NCBI GenBank assembly: GCA_003229375.1
Contig: QIDP01000088.1
Span: 1-54,490, forward strand
Direction of reading: 5' to 3'
From: Nitrospirota bacterium
GTDB lineage: Bacteria; Nitrospinota; Nitrospinia; SZUA-224
Length of the DNA: 54,490 nt
Below, one piece after another: positions 50,358 through 54,490 of this stretch (positions within the stretch are counted from its first letter, which is position 1; each line of letters starts with the position of its first letter). Both the position numbers and the translations under genes were made by a program. The notes beneath the pieces are model-generated. The model worked only from the letters and a program-made list of their open reading frames with translations, did no database searches and had not been told where the DNA came from.

Positions 50358-51923
50358 TTAGCATGTCTCCTTCACAGGAATCATTATCTCAAACCTAGTC
50401 CCCTCACCTTTTTGGGCAGAGACGCTTATCCTCCCTCCCATATCTTCTATAATCCTGTGGCATATAGAGAGACCAAGTCCTGTCCCTTTTCCGGGTTCCT
50501 TTGTGGTGAAGAACGGATCGAATATCCTGGGGACATCCTCTTCACGTATGCCCGCTCCTGTATCTGAAAAGGTTAACCTGACCTGTCTCCCATCATTGCC
50601 GAATCTATCTTCAGGTATATGATTTGTCAGTTCACTGGAGACAGCCATGCTCCCTCCTCTATTTTCTATCATGGCATCTGCCGAGTTCAGCAAGAGGTTT
50701 ATTGCAACCTGCTCCATCTTATGACCATCAAGTCTCAGAGGAGGAATCTCATCCGACAGGTTAAGAGATATCTCTATATTACGAAATGCCTTTTGATTGT
50801 GCAGCAGTTCGACAGAATCCCTAAGAATTTGATTTATATCCACATCTGTTATGATACCCCTGGGGGGTGTAGCAAGATTCAATAACCCTCTTACTATCTC
50901 GTCTATCCTGTCAACCTCCCTCTCAACCCTCCTAAGGGAGTCTATATCCTCTGATGTTCTCTCTTTAGCATTAGACAGGACATTGATATATCCATTTATC
51001 GCTCCTAAGGGATTACCTATCTCATGAGCAACCCCTGCTGCCATTCTCCCGATAGCTGCCAGCCTTTCAGAACGCATAACCTCATCCCTTGCCTCTCTCA
51101 ACTCTATATTTCTCTTCTTGAGGAGTTCTATATGTTTTTCAAGACTTTCTGTCTTATCTCTCAACCTTTCTGTCATCTGGTTAAATGCATAAGAGAGTCT
51201 CCCTATCTCATTATCACTTTCCACTTTTACCTTATGGCCAAGATCGCCATCAGAGACCCTCTCTGTCGCCTCAACCAATCTCTGAATAGGTTTTACTACA
51301 GTCTTTGAAAGGAGAAAGCTGCCAAATATCACCAATATCAGTGCATCGACAGTTATATAGAGAAATGTCAATCCACGCATCTTCAGAAGGATACCTCTCG
51401 GATCGAGTAGTGACATTTCACCACTGATACCACCAACAATTCGTCCTTCAATATATATGGGTGATGTAATGATGAGTTTATCTGTTTTATTCAGAAAAAA
51501 AGAACTTTCTTTCCCTTTCTCTTCTCTGATATCAAATATCCCATTATTAATGCATTTCAGTAAAAATGGATCTTTAAGTGTCTTGCCTGTAAGTTCACTC
51601 CTTGAGGATGCAAGCACCTTCAATCCCTTATCAACTATAGACAGCTCGCTGAATCCCCCTTCTCTGGTATAGAGACCTATCAATTTTGTAATACCGGATT
51701 CCTTCATAATATCCGGGAAGAGAATCGGATCATTTTTCATCATAATAGAGATGCTGTTTTCTATAGAGGAGACCATTACTCTGGTGTTTTGGGACCTGTA
51801 CTCGGTGAAAAGGTGTTTGGTTACCTTTAACAGGATGATACCGATCAGCAGCAGCGCAGCTACCAGAAGGACAGTTATATCAGCTATTATCTCTTTTCTT
51901 AAGCCTTTCTTAATCTTTTTCAT
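50358..51923 (-). CDS. sensor histidine kinase (2 TM, periplasmic sensor, HAMP, HisKA, HATPase)
   Basis: TM helices near aa 15-35 and 185-205; HAMP; H-box AAGVAHEIGNPL; G-boxes DTGAGI, GTGLGLSI. Confidence 0.9.
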   Translation of the reverse strand: MKKIKKGLRKEIIADITVLLVAALLLIGIILLKVTKHLFTEYRSQNTRVMVSSIENSISIMMKNDPILFPDIMKESGITKLIGLYTREGGFSELSIVDKGLKVLASSRSELTGKTLKDPFLLKCINNGIFDIREEKGKESSFFLNKTDKLIITSPIYIEGRIVGGISGEMSLLDPRGILLKMRGLTFLYITVDALILVIFGSFLLSKTVVKPIQRLVEATERVSDGDLGHKVKVESDNEIGRLSYAFNQMTERLRDKTESLEKHIELLKKRNIELREARDEVMRSERLAAIGRMAAGVAHEIGNPLGAINGYINVLSNAKERTSEDIDSLRRVEREVDRIDEIVRGLLNLATPPRGIITDVDINQILRDSVELLHNQKAFRNIEISLNLSDEIPPLRLDGHKMEQVAINLLLNSADAMIENRGGSMAVSSELTNHIPEDRFGNDGRQVRLTFSDTGAGIREEDVPRIFDPFFTTKEPGKGTGLGLSICHRIIEDMGGRISVSAQKGEGTRFEIMIPVKETC

Positions 51924-51982
51924 GATTCAGAGGAGAGCTCTAAAGTGATCTAAAGTTATGGATAATAAAGAATTTTACAATA

Positions 51983-52014
51983 ACTTTAGGCACTTCAAAC
52001 TTTAGGCACTTCAA
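51983..52014. repeat. perfect tandem 16-nt direct repeat upstream of the kinase gene
   Basis: ACTTTAGGCACTTCAA x2. Confidence 0.8.
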
Positions 52015-52060
52015 TCGATAATTGAATAAATATCTTTCTAAATTCAGTTTGAACTTACAA

Positions 52061-54274
52061 TCAGATTACCCTATCTCCTCCCATTATAGAGATCTTCTTG
52101 TCAGCCTCGTTTAACCTTGAAATCAGAGAATTGACTATACGAATAGCGATTTCCGGATAGTTCTCAATAGTTTCTTTCAGCTTATCCCCCGGAAAGACCT
52201 TAACTACACTCTTCCCATTCGATTTGACAGTAGCGGTTCTTGCTACATCCATAAGTGCGCTCATCTCGCCAAAATAGTCTCCCGGCTGGGTTATCTCTCC
52301 TACCTTTATGTCATACTTATATATCTCCACGGCTCCCTGAATCAATTGATAGAAATTCTTGTCTGTATTCCCTTCCTTGATTATCACGTCACCATTCTCA
52401 AAGATCAGTTCATCCGGATTCAGGAGATATGCAGGGAGTGCCTCTTTTACCATCACCGTATTCCTCAACACCTCATATATGGTAGTAACCCCCTCCCTGA
52501 TCTTATGCAGCCCTTCCTGACGCAAGGTAGACATGCCCTCCTTTATGGCAATCTTTCTCAACTGCTCCTGAGGAACCTGTGATGTGATTGCCTCCTTAAT
52601 AGTCTCGGGGATCTCCATTATCTCATAGACTGCCACTCTTCCCTTGTACCCTGTGCCGGCACATTTCGGGCACCCCTTGCCTTCAAAGATTTTCAGGCTA
52701 TCAAATTCGTCAGAGGTAAACCCTGCCTCAATCAATTCCCTCTTGTTGGGTTTTACCTCCTCTTTGCAATTGGTACAGATGCGGCGTAAAAGTCTCTGGG
52801 CAATAACCATTGTCAGAGAGGAGGCAATCATATAACCGGGTATGCCTATATCCAGAAGCCTCCATACAGTAGATGGACAGTCATTCGTATGAACTGTGCT
52901 GAATACCAGATGACCTGTCATGGCAGCCTTTATTGCAATCTCGGCTGTTTCCATATCTCTGATCTCACCAACAAGGATGATCTCGGGATCTTGTCTCAAG
53001 AAGGCCCGTAATGCATTTGCAAAGGTCATTCCGATCTCTGTCTTGACATGGACCTGATTGATCCCGGGAAAGTTGAACTCTACAGGGTCCTCTACGGTCA
53101 GGATCTTGGTTTCGACATTATTTAAGGCATTTATCGCAGAATAGAGGGTCGTTGTCTTCCCGCTCCCGGTAGGGCCTGTCACAAGAATCTGACCGAATGG
53201 CCGTTTTATGGTCTTCATAAATTTATCCAATCCCTCTTGTGTAAAACCGAGTTTTGTAAGATCGACATTCAGGGTAGATTTATCCAGAATACGAAGGACT
53301 ATAGACTCTCCAAATAAGGTAGGAAGTGTGGAGACCCTGAAATCAACGGTTCTATTTCTTCCTACCTTCAATTTTATACGTCCGTCCTGAGGGATACGCC
53401 TCTCTGCTATATTCAGATTTGCCAGTATCTTGAACCTGGAAATCAGCGCATTCTTAATCTGTATAGGGAGGTTAAGTGATCTATGGAGGGTGCCGTCAAG
53501 GCGATATCTTACCTGAAAGGTACTTTCAAAGGGCTCTATATGTATATCACTAACACCCATTTTTATCGCCTTTGTCAGGATACTGTTCACCAGTTTGATA
53601 ATAGGGGCATCGCCTGCCGAGTATAGATCTTCTCCGATATCCTTATCATCAGGTTCATTGTCAACAGCTATCTCATCTGTTGCCTCGGAGACAAGTGAGC
53701 CAATATCATCGATATCCTTTATCTCCAATGATTTATCATCGCCTCCACTATCTATCTTCTTGAAGAATCCCTTGTATTCTTCATCACTTATATGGTAATA
53801 GCTCTTATAGGCATCGATTATATCCTTCTCTTGTGAAACCGCGGCCTTTATTGAGAGCTTTGTCATGGTCTGAATATCTTCTATGGTAGTGTTGTTTGTA
53901 GGATCACACATAGCGAGTGTCAATACATTGTTAGCCACCCTAACCGGAAATATCATATGCTCCTTTGCAACTTCATAGGGTAATACCTTGACCGTCTCAG
54001 GGTTAATCTTAAGATCTGTTATCTTTATCGTACTATACCCATACTGCCTGCTCAGGAAATTGATAATGGTATCCTCATCTATAAAACCCATCCTAACCAG
54101 GATTGAACCTATACGACTTTTATTCTTCCTTTGAACGGCTAATGCCTCATCTAACTGGGATTTGGTAATTAGTCCGTCTTTCCTGAGCATATCTCCCAGT
54201 TTTTCATGTTTTATCCCGCCCTTTATTGTCTTTTTAAAAGCTGATTTCTTTTCTGCTAGCTGCACTTGTGCCAT
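52061..54274 (-). CDS. pilB: type IV pilus extension ATPase PilB with C-terminal cNMP-binding domain
   Basis: T2SS-E N-domain, Walker A GPTGSGKTTT, tetracysteine CTNC...CPKC; extra C-terminal ~130 aa with ...GDYFGEMSALMDVARTATV. Confidence 0.9.
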   Translation of the reverse strand: MAQVQLAEKKSAFKKTIKGGIKHEKLGDMLRKDGLITKSQLDEALAVQRKNKSRIGSILVRMGFIDEDTIINFLSRQYGYSTIKITDLKINPETVKVLPYEVAKEHMIFPVRVANNVLTLAMCDPTNNTTIEDIQTMTKLSIKAAVSQEKDIIDAYKSYYHISDEEYKGFFKKIDSGGDDKSLEIKDIDDIGSLVSEATDEIAVDNEPDDKDIGEDLYSAGDAPIIKLVNSILTKAIKMGVSDIHIEPFESTFQVRYRLDGTLHRSLNLPIQIKNALISRFKILANLNIAERRIPQDGRIKLKVGRNRTVDFRVSTLPTLFGESIVLRILDKSTLNVDLTKLGFTQEGLDKFMKTIKRPFGQILVTGPTGSGKTTTLYSAINALNNVETKILTVEDPVEFNFPGINQVHVKTEIGMTFANALRAFLRQDPEIILVGEIRDMETAEIAIKAAMTGHLVFSTVHTNDCPSTVWRLLDIGIPGYMIASSLTMVIAQRLLRRICTNCKEEVKPNKRELIEAGFTSDEFDSLKIFEGKGCPKCAGTGYKGRVAVYEIMEIPETIKEAITSQVPQEQLRKIAIKEGMSTLRQEGLHKIREGVTTIYEVLRNTVMVKEALPAYLLNPDELIFENGDVIIKEGNTDKNFYQLIQGAVEIYKYDIKVGEITQPGDYFGEMSALMDVARTATVKSNGKSVVKVFPGDKLKETIENYPEIAIRIVNSLISRLNEADKKISIMGGDRVI

Positions 54275-54353
54275 ATTAAATCTTGCCCCTCTTTACTTAA
54301 AACATAAATAAACGTCTCTGAGATTCTACAATATTTTCAGTGGTTTAATATTT

Positions 54354-54409
54354 AACCACAGAAGACACTGAGTAAATCTCTGTGTTCTCTGTGGTTTTAA
54401 TTTAAATAG
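54354..54409 (+). promoter_or_regulatory. hairpin plus conserved 36-nt motif (copy 2)
   Basis: AACCACAGAAGACACTGAG taaat CTCTGTGTTCTCTGTGGTT (16/19 pairing); AAATCTCTGTGTTCTCTGTGGTTTTAATTTAAATAG ends 2 nt before an ATG at 54412. Confidence 0.4.
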
Positions 54410-54490
54410 TTATGAATAAGAGGTACCACAAACGGCTATTTATCTATATAATTTATCTATATAAAATAAGCTATTATTATAATTATGTCA

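Noticed and set aside
54412-54490. Partial plus-strand ORF MNKRYHKRLFIYIIYLYKISYYYNYV running off the window
   Set aside because: The composition is extremely AT-driven and Ile/Tyr-rich over only 26 codons. It is noted only because of the conserved motif in front of it.
1-54490. tRNA, rRNA, tmRNA or known riboswitch sequences
   Set aside because: No cloverleaf-type conserved arms (no GTTCGAATC-like T-loops) or recognisable riboswitch cores were seen in the intergenic regions. The structured elements present are all explained as repeat families.

Overview
This is an AT-rich bacterial chromosomal segment dominated by a type IV pilus (T4P) supra-locus. All domain calls below come from motif recognition by eye; no searches were run.

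Left arm:
- A MinD/FlhG-like ATPase and a TPR / cNMP-binding / PilZ / PilB-N-like regulator sit on the minus strand.
- A plus-strand block follows: trxB, an MBL-fold hydrolase, a class I adenylate cyclase and a GT2 glycosyltransferase.
- Then comes an XRE regulator with pilM-pilN-pilO-pilP-pilQ-aroB on the minus strand.

Centre (17.2-43.6 kb):
- There are three paralogous minor-pilin/PilY1 cassettes (fimT-pilV-pilW-pilX-pilY1 type) with four large vWA-PilY1 paralogs.
- Each cassette is preceded about 90-105 nt upstream by a sigma54-type -24/-12 promoter.
- No major pilin gene is present in the window.
- A two-gene DUF1566 cassette, pyrE and a REP-associated tyrosine transposase (RAYT) are interspersed.

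Right arm:
- It carries a large secreted HExxH protein and an orphan UPF0175 antitoxin with a truncated toxin.
- It also carries a sigma54-dependent response regulator with its histidine kinase.
- The last gene is a PilB ATPase with an extra C-terminal cyclic-nucleotide-binding domain.

Repeat content of the intergenic DNA:
- 13 copies of one 30-nt REP palindrome.
- 5 copies of an inverted-repeat MITE derived from a four-helix-bundle (S23-IVS/Avd family) gene, two of them with clear 8-bp target duplications.
- A second MITE type.
- Nested GC-rich palindromes.
- Heptanucleotide microsatellites, two of which lie inside coding sequence.

Most interesting hypotheses:
- Direct cyclic-nucleotide plus c-di-GMP control of the pilus motor.
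- Alternative sigma54-driven pilus-tip cassettes.
- Repeat elements remodelling gene starts and ends.
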